Assembly (NCBI RefSeq): GCF_006345805.1
Contig: NC_043002.1
Location: 93,682,001 to 93,746,000, forward strand
DNA length: 64,000 bases
Source of the DNA: Octopus sinensis
Taxonomy: Eukaryota
Direction: 5' to 3'
This document shows, one piece after another, positions 51,015 to 64,000 of this stretch. Position numbers and translations under genes: made by a program. Position 1 is the first letter of the stretch; every line of letters starts with the position of its first letter. Under the pieces are notes generated by a model that was given only the letters and a program-made list of their open reading frames with translations, had not been told where the DNA came from and made no database searches.

Positions 51015-51126
51015 TATATATAATAATATCAATATAGGGTGCCAAAAAAATTTTGTAGAATTTTTTTGGCCACCAGCGGCCTAGTGGGAAAAAATTAAAT
51101 AGTCATAGACCATTTTTAAGTTCAAC

Positions 51127-51503
51127 ATCAACAATCAAGGAACGGCCATAATATAGCCATTCACCCACTAGAAATAACAGCCAAAGCTTCAACCGCAATA
51201 AAAGTCAATTCCGTAAACAGGAGAAAATTTAAAAAACATTTACCCTCGTGTAAATATCTGTTCCGACTGTGTGGCTATTTCTTACTGAAGAATCTGAGGG
51301 CCTATGGAAGATTGGCTTGATTTAATTTAATCAGGTTAGTTTACCATTAAACAGCAGACGAAACGGTGCACCGTATAAGAATTACAGGTAAATGTTTTTT
51401 AAATTTTCTCCTGTTTACGGAATTGACTTTTATTTGCGGTTGAAGCTTTGGCTGTTATTTCTAGTGGGTGAATGGCCTATTAGGCCGTTCCTTGATTGTT
51501 GAT
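51127..51503. repeat. Inverted repeat (arms about 117 bp) enclosing a hammerhead in the spacer
   Basis: 51127-51244 is the reverse complement of 51387-51503; flanked by (TA)n. Confidence 0.92.
51279..51381 (+). ncRNA. Type I hammerhead ribozyme motif
   Basis: TTCTTA-CTGAAGA-(A)TCTG..CAGA(C)-GAAA-CGGTGCACCG-TA-TAAGAA; GUA site. Confidence 0.85.
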
Positions 51504-51535
51504 TAGATATATATATTATATATATATATATAATA

Positions 51536-51584
<49 letters not shown>

Positions 51585-51603
51585 TACATACATACATACA
51601 TAC

Positions 51604-53270
51604 TTAAGGAAGTCTGAAGGATATCTCACTGGTTCATAAGGAAGCAGAAATACACACTGTTTCTTCGTGATAACTTGAAACTTTATGCAAAGAATATGCA
51701 TGAGATGAAAAAGAGCTTTGACCTCGTTACAACATTCTCAAAGTATGTAGGGTTTGAGTTTGGCCAGAATAAATGTTGTTATATGGTTGTGGAAAGGGGG
51801 AAAACTATAAACTAAACTAGTAACGTTTCCATCAATGTAACAAAACACCTGTAACAAAACACCTGTAACAAAACATGTGTTATTAAAGAATAAACAGCCC
51901 AAGAAAGAAAATTTGGACCTCAGAACTCTCTGCAGTCAATAAAACAGTGGCCCACAATGTGTTTGCAGTGCCAGTGCTATACCAATATTTGGGCTGCTTG
52001 ATAGGATGGTTGATGAGGTCCGAGCCATTGATGTGAAAACCTGAAAAATACTAACAAGCTCACGTAATTTCCACATAAGCAGTGACGTAGACCGCCTCTA
52101 CCTAAAACGAAAACAAGACGGCAGAGGCCTTTGAATGTCGTATGATATCCCTTCGGCCACATATTTTAACCACCAAGTGTCGAAGTACATCTCTTGGCCA
52201 AGTTTGCATACACGAGGCTGATAACATCGTAAAACTTGGAAGGCAGTTCCTCGAGCAATAATCTTTGTCTGATAACCTAGAATACTTGCCCAAAGAAGTC
52301 GCATGACTCTACTGCAACGTATCATCAGATGAAAAGATGAGCCTGTATGAGCAGTAGACTATGCATGGATATGCTACTAGAAAGCTCCGAGATGATAGTA
52401 ACATCGATCATCAAAACAGTAAAATGTGACAACCAATGCAGACTTTGTGGAGTTAACACCGAGGAAATCACCCACATCGTAAGCACTTGTCCGAAAATGT
52501 CATCACGATATTATCTACCGATGAGACATGATGTAGCTAGGACATTCTATAAGGAAATCCGTCTGAAGGGTGACCCCGAGGAAAAGAAATAAGAACCCAC
52601 AGTAGGGTAGAAGCCATAGTCACTCATAATAAAAAAGAGTACTGGTAGACTATCCCATTAAACACCTCAGAAAATGTAAGTACAACAGACCTGATATAAT
52701 GATTTCGGATAGATAAGAGAAATTGTGCACTGTTGTAAAAATTAGCAGCCCAGCGGATGTCAACATAAAGCTGAAGATCAGTGAAAAAGAAAATATCTAC
52801 GCTGAACTATTGAGAAATCTACAGTTACACGTTTAAGTTTATACCGGTAATTATTGAGGATTTGTAACACATTGCCTAAATACCAATCTTGAGAAATTAG
52901 GCTTCTCAAAATCAGAAAGAGAAAAGCTAAATCGAAGACTACAGATCCAATCCATCGCTGGAACTGTAAAAATCTGTAAAACTTTCCAGAAGTTTATCAT
53001 TCAAATATATATGAGCATGTCTAGATATGCAACTATATGCATGAGAATATATTCATAAAGAAAAACATACAAATCTGCACACATACATACATACATACAT
53101 ACATACATACATACATACATACATACATACATACATACACATATATACATACAAACAAACAAACAAACAAACAAAAATAGTTGAAGTTCCAATGAAGGAG
53201 CCTTGAATCTAGGTTAGAAACCGGCTCTTTCGCTACTGGCAAGAAATCTTGAAATAAAACTGAACAATGA
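51604..53270 (+). mobile_element. Decayed R4/Dong-like (RLE-type) non-LTR retrotransposon, 5'-truncated
   Basis: FGQNKC, VDRLYLKRKQDGRGL, CRLCG..EEITHIVSTC..RHD, NRPDIMI, EKENIYAEL, FIPVII; flanked by CATA repeats. Confidence 0.85.
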
Positions 53271-53321
53271 CATACATGTATGTGTGTGAGTGTGTATGTG
53301 TGTGCGCGTTTGTGTGTGTGT

Positions 53322-53391
<70 letters not shown>

Positions 53392-54044
53392 CTACGCATT
53401 CTGAAGGTGAGACTATGTAAGTCTAGAAACGTTGATGATGGGTGTAGAGACTTTATTGCTACAAAAGAACCGCAAGAATCTCATACGAAAATACGAAGAA
53501 TACGAAGAAAACTTTAATATATACTAGAACATTGTGGTACTTTCAATATATGTCTATAAGAATAGCTGTTCCCCACTTATACGAATACACACACGCACAC
53601 ACATTCACCACAGATGCGATAACGATCGAATTTGACTCGTGGAATTACTCGCACAAGCATTCATTTCTCGTGTCCCAAAATAGAGAATTTCCGATTGGCC
53701 TTTCGAGATATATTTGTTCATTGAAAGAAACTTACGACCTGGTCTAATTTTACAGTTGCACGACCGTTTATAAGCTTGTTAGCAGCAGAAATAAACTTAG
53801 TTGACGTCTTCGCTGAACCGAAAAGCCTGAATAGGAAACTGCTTGAATTCAACAAATGATATTCTTTGTAGTTGCTTGCATAATACAAAATATTTGCGAT
53901 GTAGTTTTTATGAGAGACGTTATAGAAACTTTTTGACGCAAAGTATCTCCTACTCACATCTTTTGTTCTCATTTTTACTTTTGCTTTCTTTTGTGTTCTT
54001 TGCTTTACCTTTCCTTCTTTTCATTATCATGTAGCAGCATATAT

Positions 54045-54427
54045 GAAGCGCTCCGTCGGTTACGACGACGAGGGTTCCGGTTGATCCGAATCAACGGAAC
54101 AGCCTGCTCGTGAAATTAACTTGTAAGTGGCTGAGCACTCCACAGACACGTGTACCCTTAACGTAGTTCTCGGGGATATTCAGCGTGACACAGATAGTGA
54201 CAAGGCCGGCCCTTTGAAATACAGGTACAACAGAAACAGGAAGTAAGAGTGAGAGAAAGTTGTGGTGAAAGAGTACAGCAGGGATCACCACCATCCCCTA
54301 CCGGAGACTCGTGGGGCTTTAGGTGTTTTCGCTCAATAAACACTCACAACGCCCGGTCTGGGAATCGAAACCGTGATCCTATGACCGCGAGTCCGCTGCC
54401 CTAACCACTGGGCCATTGCGCCTCCAC
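54045..54427 (-). mobile_element. SINE family B, full length with 11-bp TSD
   Basis: TSD GCAGCATATAT at 54034-54044 and 54428-54438. Confidence 0.92.
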
Positions 54428-54659
54428 GCAGCATATATATTAAATATGGGTTTGTGAACGGAAAGCGAATTCTGGGGGTGTTTTCAAAGATAACAAATTT
54501 TCTCGCCGTAAACCCTATATCACATTTTCTCATTTTCTCCTCTTATGACATTCTTTGAAACAGTTTATAGTATTTGAGAGTGAATGGTATTTTGTAAATG
54601 ACCTAAAATGCTTGCAATTTATATGACTGGATTATTCTGTTGATTATTTTTTATAGTCT

Positions 54660-54886
54660 TTTCTACTCTAGGCACAAGGCCCAAAATATTTGGGCAGGGG
54701 GGCCAGTCGATTAAATCAACCCCAGTACTCAACTGGTATTTAATTTATCGACCCCAAAAGGATGACATGCAAAGTCGACCTCGTGATATAGGGTTTACGG
54801 CGAGAAAATTTGCTGCGAGAAAATTTGCGCCTCCACGCAGCATATAACTCAGAAAATTTGCAACTCAGAATGTAAAGACAGACGAA
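54660..54886 (-). mobile_element. SINE family C fragment interrupted by a templated insertion
   Basis: Consensus GTCGACCTCG|GCGGAATTTG|AACTCAGAA is interrupted at 54784-54861. Confidence 0.8.
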
Positions 54887-55384
54887 TGATTATTTTTATA
54901 TTGACTTTTAGTTAGTTGATTTTATCTTTATATACGCACCCAATGAAATATTTTACATTTACTTAATTTTATCTTTACATTTGCATCTAATCAAATGCTT
55001 CCTTTCTATATTCATTATCTGAATGTTTATTAACAATTTCCTATTTCATTCACAAATTTCTTTTGAAAATCGGAGGCATGTAACTAAGAATTACAAAATT
55101 TTAAGTTTTTGCTTCAATCTCTTGAGTTATCTATCAGTCAGTCAGTCTATCTGTTCGTTCTGTCTCCTTTCTTGTCACCTGTCTGTCTGTCTCCTTTCTT
55201 GTCACCTGTCTGTCTGTCCAGCTGTCTATGTATATCTATCTATCTATCTATCTGCACACACACACACACACACACAACACACACACACACACACACACTC
55301 TCTCTCTCGTGCACGCGCATGGGTGTATATATATATGTGTGTATATGAATATGTGTATGTGTGCGTATATATATATACATATAT

Positions 55385-55770
55385 AGTTAATCCAAACAAG
55401 AAAACACAAAAAACACAGCAACGCGAGGACGTGGAACAAATAAAGTATTATTGGACGCTTAGGAAAGAAAAAGGGGGGTTTAACGTTTCGAGCGGAGCTC
55501 TTCGTCGGAAACAAAGGAGAAGGAAAGATCCCGAGAAGGGAAGACAGAGGAATATAATTAACAAAAAAAAAAAAAACGAAGAAAAAACTCAAGAACAAAA
55601 AATCAACAGCGCAAGCATGTGGTACATGCAAAGTATGTATTAACAGACGCTCAGGAAAGGGGAAAAGTGGGTTTTACGTTTCGAACAAAACTTTTCTTCA
55701 GAAAACGGAGACAGAGGAAAGTCCAAGAGGAAACAAATCGCCAACAGTCCACATGTAGTTACATTTTGAA
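55385..55770 (-). repeat. Two tandem pLTR-like units of about 190 bp, each with a minimal hammerhead (55478-55512 and 55671-55706)
   Basis: GTTT-CCGACGA-AGAGC TCC GCTC-GAAA-CG-TT-AAAC and TTT-CTGAAGA..GAAA-CG-TA-AAA. Confidence 0.65.
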
Positions 55771-55972
55771 ATCATACACACACATACACACACACACACA
55801 CATACACACACACGCACACACACACACAACACAAACACGCACACTACACATATGCACACACACACACACACATACATGTGCGCGCACGCATACACATTTA
55901 CACACGTGTGTTAATGTGTGTATATGCATGTCTGCACATATGTCGGTTTAATGTATATCAATGTACATGTGC

Positions 55973-56008
<36 letters not shown>

Positions 56009-56175
56009 ATATTAGGGAGTAAATCCAAACTTATTAATAGTGGTTTTATCTCTAATTTAATATATATATATTTATATATTTATATATATGTATATATGTA
56101 TGTGTTGTGTGTACATATATTTGTATATGTAGTGAGAGAGAGGAAAAAGGGAGAGTGACAAAAAGGGAGAAAGAG

Positions 56176-56215
<40 letters not shown>

Positions 56216-56341
56216 GGTGGGGGGAAGCGGAAGAAGTTAGCTGCAAAATATCTAAAAGGAAAAGTTACGCAAGTATACATTTTAAATGGTGATAATGATG
56301 ATGATGATGATGAAGACGATGATGATGATGATGATGATGAT

Positions 56342-56375
<34 letters not shown>

Positions 56376-56542
56376 CGTGATTATGATGATGAAACGAAGG
56401 TGGTTCACTGCTGTGCCTTGTGTATGCGATGATAGATGGTGTCTGTGGTGGTTTGTGGTAGTGCTTGTATTAGTAGTGATTCTTGCAGAAGAGAACGTGT
56501 TGCGGTTAAGTGGTGCCGGTGATACAATGTGGACGATGACGA

Positions 56543-56593
<51 letters not shown>

Positions 56594-56729
56594 TGACGAC
56601 GACGACGATGACGATGACATGATGATGATGATGATGAGGAGGAGGTGGAGTCCCTATGACGACAGCCATCACAAAAGCGATTATAACAGGCGTAGCCATG
56701 CATATGTATGTTTCAGCGTATGCTTTTAT

Positions 56730-56781
56730 ATATGTATATATATACATATATACATAGATATATGTATATATATATAGTATA

Positions 56782-56820
<39 letters not shown>

Positions 56821-56836
56821 GCATATATATATATAT

Positions 56837-56885
<49 letters not shown>

Positions 56886-56898
56886 TATATATATATAC

Positions 56899-56929
<31 letters not shown>

Positions 56930-57004
56930 CATATATATACATATATATATATATACACACACATATATATTATATATATATATATATAACATATATATAT
57001 ATAT

Positions 57005-57064
<60 letters not shown>

Positions 57065-57236
57065 TGTGTATATATATATATATGTATATATGGTGTGTAT
57101 ATATATATATATGTATATATATAGATTATATATATTATATATATATATATATATATAAACACACATATATATATATATACACACACACAACAATATATAT
57201 TATATACATATATATATTATATATACATATATATTA

Positions 57237-57278
<42 letters not shown>

Positions 57279-57700
57279 CTATATGTACATATACATATAC
57301 ATGTATGTATGCATGTGTGTGTGTGTGTGTTATATTCCGTGTTTGAGTAAACACAAAAAATAGTCATGGAGCTGTCAGAATTTCTATCTTGCGTTAGTGG
57401 GTGAAGTGTTGTTTTTTGGGTGTGTTGTGAGGGAGCGATTATAATAATTATGCATATACCCAGATGGGAATACATGCATACATTTATATTCATATATATA
57501 AATGTATATTATGGCACACACATATATACGCATGTACATATACGTATATATATATATATATATAATATGTATATATATATGTGAATTTATGTGTGTGTAA
57601 TAATATACATGTCTGCATATACACATACATATACATATATATATATATGTATATATGTATGCATTTGTGTGCGTACACATTTGAAATGCGATGCATCCAT
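56730..57700. repeat. Compound (TA)n/(CA)n microsatellite block
   Basis: Direct inspection; source of the YIYI ORFs. Confidence 0.95.
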
Positions 57701-57917
57701 TTTTTTAGATATGCGAAAATGTATAATCCTGCTGTGAAAAATAAACACAGTGGCTATATATGTTTTATCTCTCCTTAGGCAGAAAAAGGAATTGACACGA
57801 GTAGTTTGTAGTCTTCTTACACTTACATCTGAGAAAAAATATCCATCTTCTGTCTACAGAGAAATTTGTAGCTTAAAGTTATTTATTGTGTATATATTTA
57901 TTGTGTATATATATATA

Positions 57918-58327
57918 GGCGCAGGAGTGGCTGTGTGGTAAGTAGCTTGCTAACCAACCACATGGTCCGGGTTCAGTCCCACTGTGTAGCACCTTGGGCA
58001 AGTGTCTTCTGGCTATAGCCTCGGGCGACCAATGCCTGTGAGTGGATTTGGTAGACGGAAACTGAAAGAAGCCTGTCGTATATATGTATATGGATATATA
58101 TATATGTGTGTGTGATGTTTGTGTGTCTGTGTTTTCCCCTAGCATTGCTTGACAAACCGATGCTGGTGTGTTTACATCCCCGTCACTTGCGGTTCGGCAA
58201 AAGAGACCGATAGAATAAGTACTGGGCTTACAAAGAATAAGTCCCGGGGTCGGTTTGCTCGACTAAAGGCGGTGCTCCAGCATGGCCGCAGTCAAATGAC
58301 TGAAACAAGTAAAAGAGTAAATGAGTA
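57918..58327 (+). mobile_element. SINE family A, full length
   Basis: Family A head and tail. Confidence 0.9.
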
Positions 58328-58743
58328 TATTTCAGGACTCGCTACAAAACTGGGTAAATCTAATTTGCATAACAGTTCATACACTGACAACTTGGATTAA
58401 TGTTTCTATTCCAGTGCAGTATACAATACTTTTGGATGTATGGTGTAGCCTTTTTTGTGATGAATATACAATTATTGTCTCGCTGTGTAAAAGAAAAAGA
58501 AAGTGGTTAGTCCGAAGATTTTTTTTATCTCACAATGGTAGAGAAAGTATGAAATAATAGAGCTGATGCAACTACGGCATCAATCACAGCTGTAATACGC
58601 CAAGAAATTGCCAAGCACAGGCTTTGAATGGAAGTTTGCGGTATTCTGAACCATTCTTCAAGTTAAACCTGCTTAGGTTTTAGACGATGGCGGAAGGAAG
58701 CAACTCCTCACTTGCTACTCCAATATGCATCATAAATGTTCAA

Positions 58744-59112
58744 GGTGGTGAGCTGGCAGAATCGTTGGCACGCCTGGCGAAATGCTTAGTGGTATTTCGT
58801 CTGTCGCTACGTTCTGAGTTCAAATTCCGCCGAGGTCGACTTTGCCTTTCATCCTTTCGGGGTCGATTAAATAAGTACCATTTACGCACTGGGGTCGATA
58901 TAATCGACTTAATCCGTTTGTCTGTCCTTGTTTGTCCCCTTTATGTTTAGCCCCTTGTGAGTAGTAAAGAAATAGGTATTTCGTCTGTCTTTATGTTCTG
59001 AGTTCAAATTCTACCGAGGTTGACTTTGCCTTTCATCCTTTTGGGGTTGATAAATTAAGTACCAGTTGCCCTCTCCCCCAAAATTTCGGGCCTTGTGCCT
59101 AGAGTAGAAAAG
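58744..59112 (+). mobile_element. SINE family C plus a tandem partial second copy
   Basis: Full copy to about 58974, second copy restarts at GGTATTTCGTCTG. Confidence 0.85.
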
Positions 59113-59119
59113 AATATGC

Positions 59120-59156
59120 ATCGTAAATGTTCGATAATATTGCAAACCGGTGATTG

Positions 59157-59219
<63 letters not shown>

Positions 59220-60040
59220 TGTGTGTGTGTGTGTGTGTATGGGTGGGTGGGGGATAACCAAATGGTTTACCTATTTTTTTTTTGTTTTTGTACCAATTTT
59301 GAATATCATTATTCGTGTGAATCGACGCATTATCGTCCTGAAAATTTGCCCTACCATCAGGGAACGATCTTTGTACCACATGAATGAGGATGACTCATTA
59401 GAGATGGCATTGTTACATTGAACGATTGATTACTCTGATAATCTGAATGCCATTTTTTCCGCTTATGAATTTTTATTGAGACCGGATATGTTGAGCAACT
59501 GCATCCTATTCAAGGTATCTAACTTTACGGCGAGCTGGCAGAATCGTTAGCACGTCGGGCGAAATGCTTAGCGGTATTTCGCCTGCCGTTACGTTCTGAG
59601 TTCAAATCCCGCCGAGGTCGACTTTGCCTTTCATCCTTTCGGGGTCGATAAATTAAGGACCAGTTACGCACTGGGGTCGATAGAATCGACTTAATCCCTT
59701 TGTTTGTCCTTGTTTGTCCCCTCTGTGTTTAGCCCCTTGTGGGTAATAAAGAAATAGGTATCTAACTTTACGGAATTCACGACAAGCGCTTTTAGTTGAC
59801 ACAAGCTTGGCAAGATGGCGGTTTAGCACTGCTGTCACTTTCGTTGGGTTTCAATGGGTCTTTGACGCAATACATTCCACTATTCAGTGGTCTCTCTCTC
59901 TGATTTGACCTTAGTTTTGGAATACCAACATAATTTCAGAGACAATACATCTCGAAACATTAAACAATTCAGTTTTAGTGACTGAAGCGCCAGTCTTCCT
60001 CACTTCAACAAGTTGCCTTTGGAAATCAGATAGGTCATAC
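59120..60040 (-). mobile_element. Decayed Tc1 transposase remnant, interrupted by (CA)n and a SINE
   Basis: GASVTKT..FNVSR, FPDGRANFQDDNASIH, QSPVCNIIEHL. Confidence 0.75.
59529..59755 (+). mobile_element. SINE family C, full length, with TSD
   Basis: AGGTATCTAACTTTACGG occurs before the head (59513-59530) and after the tail (59756-59773). Confidence 0.9.
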
Positions 60041-60060
60041 ATTTTTACTTATATTTAAAT

Positions 60061-60106
<46 letters not shown>

Positions 60107-60415
60107 ACAACAACAACAGCAATAGACAAAAGCAAAACAGACGGCTATGTCATGAAGTTCGACTACAAGGGTTACATAATGCATATGAAAACATATACAG
60201 ACTATGAAAGTTCTGAATTTGTCTTATCATCAATATAAAAAAAATAGTTAAAATGTTATTTCCATTATTTTGTCTAATATCTTTACATGGCATACATATA
60301 TACATACATAAATAACTCCACACACACACGCACACACATACACTTATACATATGTATGCGTTTACATATATGAATATAAATACATATACATTTATTACGT
60401 ATATATATATATGTG

Positions 60416-60485
<70 letters not shown>

Positions 60486-60575
60486 GCACTTCTCGTGTAT
60501 ACATTTGTAGATATACATTTATATTTGTATATGTATATGTTTGTGTGTATTATATATATACATATATATATATAC

Positions 60576-60631
<56 letters not shown>

Positions 60632-60645
60632 GGATTCACAATCAA

Positions 60646-61020
60646 GGCGTAGAAGTGGCTGTGTGGTAAGTAGCTTGCTTACGAACCATATGGTTCGGGT
60701 TCAGTCCCACTGTGTGGCACCTTGGGCAAGTGCCTTCTACTATAGCCTCGACCCGACTAAAGCCTTGTGAGTGGATTTGGTAGACGGAAACTGAAAGAAG
60801 TTCGTCGTATATATGTATATAAATATATATATGTGTGTGTGTGTGTGTTTGTGCGTCTGTGTCTATCCCCCAACATCGCTTGACAACCGATGATGGTGTG
60901 TTTACGTCCCCATAACTTAGAGACCGATAGAATAAGTACTAATCGATTTGCTCAACTAAAGGTGGTGCTCCAGCATGGCCACAGTCAAATGACTGAAACA
61001 AATAAAAGAGTAAAAGAGTA
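60646..61020 (+). mobile_element. SINE family A
   Basis: Family A head and tail with small deletions. Confidence 0.88.
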
Positions 61021-61099
61021 AGGTGCAGAAATGGCGTATTCCGAATGAATAAGGTAATATAATCCGATGGTAGGAAGAATTTCGCGAATTAAGTACTTC

Positions 61100-61430
61100 A
61101 AAGTCAGTCACCAGCTAGATCCCACCACCCACCCCATTTTCCCCAACCCACCCATCCTCTCCTTTAAACGCACCCATAATCTACGTGATCGGCTGGTCCG
61201 TAGCACCTTCCCCTCTTCTCTCCTAGCCCCACCCGGATCCTTCCTTTGCTCTAGATCCCGCTTCCACACCTGCCCTTTCATCACCAACACCGCCTCCCTC
61301 ACTGTATCCAACCAGCACACTCTTCACATTAAAAATTCCTTCTCCTGTCCCTCTTCAAGCCTTATCTATTGCATTAGGTCTAATCTCTACGCTGGCAGCC
61401 GACCGGTTCACCGAACATCTACGAGATGTG
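61100..61430 (+). mobile_element. Penelope-like linker and GIY-YIG remnant
   Basis: IFPNPPILSFKRTHNLRDRLVRS..CSRSRFHTCPF..FSCPSSSLIYCI..DRFTEHLRDV. Confidence 0.85.
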
Positions 61431-64000
61431 CAAAAGGTTTAAACTGAAGTGCCTCATTTATGTACAAGAGCTTACGGCAAACAAAGACACGGAGATACGT
61501 GTAAGAATTCTCACAAAACTTGAACAAGCGGACCAAAGTTTAACCCTGCAGACGGTTGCAGAAGAGTGTCAAAGAATGTTAACTTGCGTCAGGACGTAAA
61601 GAAAATTGAAGAGAAGGAATTCTCACAAGTACAAGTGTGCCGACCGGGAAGGTATAAAGAAACAATAAAAATGTTAAGACCAAACCATGCTACGGAAGTG
61701 GAGCCCTACATTTCAGAAAGGATTGTCCTTTCAAATCTCAAAAATGTTTCAGTTGACAAAAAGTAGGAAACAAGAGCTCATATTGCAGAGCAAAGTTAGG
61801 AAAGTGGAACATAAAAAATTCTGAAGTTTTCTCTACAGAAAGTAGAAGCGACACCGAAAAGAGGAAATTTGTACTTGTAAAAGTAAACAGAGTGAATATT
61901 AAATTACAACTAAATATTAGTAGCGAGATCTCGATTATTGATACCGACACATGGAAAAGAATTGGGAAACTTACGTTAAGAAAACACCAAAAATTGCACG
62001 TGGCATGACAGGTGAAAAACTACACTTCGTAGGCGAAATGTAGAGTGATATGACATTTCGAGGAAAAACCTGCAGAGCAAACGTTTTCGTGGTAAAAAAC
62101 GCAATCAATTTGTTCGGTGCGAACTGGTTGGAGTTGTTTGACTTATGGGACCTCCCCATAAGTCTGTTCTGTAAAAAATAAACAGCTGTCCCATCAGTGA
62201 AAATAACTCAGCAGTTGAATTGAAGAAAATATTAAAAACTTGTCTCCTAAAGTGCTGTCGGATAAATTAGGTCTCTGTTCTAAGATTGAGGCCTGTTTTC
62301 AAATAAAGGAAAACGTCGTACCTGCATTCAAACCTAGTAGAAAGGTACCATTTGCTGCGATAAAGCAGATACAGGAAGAATTAGACAGACTGGAGAAATT
62401 AGGAATTATTCAAAAAGTAGATTATTCTAAGTGGGCAGCATCATCTGTGTTTATTTAAAAGAAATAGCAAAACCAAGGTGTGTGCCGATTTTTCTACTGG
62501 TTTGAATGACTTTAAAAATGTGCCGCTATCTATCGTCTACTCCGGAGGATATATTTGCAAAATTAAATGGTGGCAAAGTATTTTTGAAACTGGATCTATC
62601 TGATGCGTGTCTACAAATTAAAGTAGACGAGGAATGCTCGAAGCTTCTAAGAGTGAATACGCATAGAGGATTTTACAAATATAATAGATTGCCATTTGGT
62701 CTGAAAGCCGCAATATTTCAACAGGTTATTGATGCAATGTTGGTGGACTGTCAATTTGCAATTCCATACCTCGATGATGTATTAATTAAAAGTGAATCTC
62801 ATGATCAGTATGTCGAACATGTGAAATGTGTGTTTCAAAAAATAAGAGATTACGGTTTCAAACTCAGTGAAGAGAAATGTGAATTTTTTTGCCTAAAATT
62901 AAATATTTGGGACAAATTATAGATAAAAATGGAAAAGGACCTGACCTGTAGAGGGCAGACGCAATTAAAAATATGCCTCCCCCAACTAACATAGCGACAT
63001 TGTAAGCTTTCCGTGACCGGCCGAACAAAATTACATACCAAACGTGTATGAATTGAGAGCTCCACTTAATAATTTGGTAAAGAAAGACGCCAAATAGAAT
63101 TGGTCAAATAACTGTCAAAGGACTTTTCAGGATATTAAAAAAAATTAATTTCGCATTTGTCGCTGGTTCATTTCGATCCTGCAGCGGAGATTGTTGTAGC
63201 TTCTGACGCTTCTGAATTCGGCGTAGGAGCAATTTTGTTACACAAATATAAAGACGGTAATATGAAGGCGGTGGTTCATGCCTTACCTGCTCTGATTGGA
63301 GCAGAAAAAAATTAAGGTCAGATAAAGAAGCTCTAGCGATTATTTTTGCCGTGAAGAAATTTCACAGATTTCTCCACGGTAGAAGTTTTCGGCTTCAGAC
63401 GGACCACCGGCCGCTACTATCAATTTTCGGATCGAAGAAAAGAATCCCTACCCATACAGCTAACAGATTACAACGTTGGAGGTACAATATTGTCAAATTA
63501 CAACTATAAGATGGAGTACATTCCTTTTAAGAAAATTGGCCATGCGGATTGTTTATCTAGGCTAATTCCGAAGAATGCGGAACCGCTGGAAGATACGGTG
63601 ATAGCCGCATTACAATTAGAAAAGGAAATTAAAAACGTTTTGCGTTATGTCATTCAGGAGTTGCCAGTGACTGTACAAGATATAAAAAGTAAATCAGTGG
63701 ACAAATACATCATAAAAATTAAGGAAACCTTGAAAAATTAACAAAAGAGAAACACGAATGCGAATTATTTTCATTCTACGACGATGCATTAATGTACGCA
63801 CAAAGAGTGGTAGTACCAACTGCACTACAGAAACGGATATTATATGGCTTTCATAGAGGACACCCGGGGACGTCAAGAATGAAAGGTTTGATGAGGAGTT
63901 ATGTGTATTGGCCAATGATGGACTGGAACATTGAAAAATTGGTAAAATCATGTAGCGGTTGTGTGCTAGCTGCCAAGGCACCACCGGTGAAATACCAATC
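61431..64000 (+). mobile_element. Second decayed Gypsy (Mag/K02A2.6-like) gag-pol, running off the window
   Basis: gag EIRVRILTKLEQ; RT KVPFA..LDLSDA..PYLDDVLI; RNase H VASDAS, TDHRPL; integrase start GHPGTSRMKGLMRSYVYWP. Confidence 0.92.

Noticed and set aside
53183-53231. CCAATGA-AGCCT/AGGTT-GAAA-CCGG hammerhead-like motif in the R4 3' region
   Set aside because: Two core mismatches, no UH and no convincing stem I; would need the family consensus
56708-57778. Many [12 protein letters not shown] and MYVC ORFs here and across the window
   Set aside because: Translations of (TA)n, (TG)n, (TATC)n and (TATG)n microsatellites

Overview
Eukaryotic, AT-rich, microsatellite-saturated genomic DNA with no confidently identifiable host protein-coding gene. 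The tRNA-derived SINE repertoire and the (TA)n/(TATC)n/(CATA)n density resemble an octopus (coleoid cephalopod) intergenic or intronic region; this is inference, not proven. Almost all ORFs in the track are microsatellite or SINE artefacts. Content read from the sequence: about 30 SINE copies of four families; two decayed Gypsy LTR elements; Tx1-, R4/Dong-, RTE- and CR1/L2-like LINE remnants; a nearly intact IR-DR Tc1 transposon with one nonsense codon; DD37D, mariner and Tc1 relics; Helitron/Helentron, pogo-, piggyBac- and hAT-type MITEs; a 5S rRNA pseudogene; a 2.2-kb 30-bp-unit minisatellite; and a 100-N gap. The strongest hidden signal is about 19 type-I hammerhead-ribozyme-like motifs (stem I-CTGANGA-stem II-GAAA-short, often palindromic stem III-UH-stem I), roughly 10 with intact cores, from several unrelated sequence families. 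They sit in short non-coding palindromic or tandem elements mostly embedded in (TA)n tracts. One is linked to a Penelope-type GIY-YIG remnant, and several share a conserved downstream motif (CTGCTATTTCTA). All folds were read by eye and need computational and biochemical confirmation.
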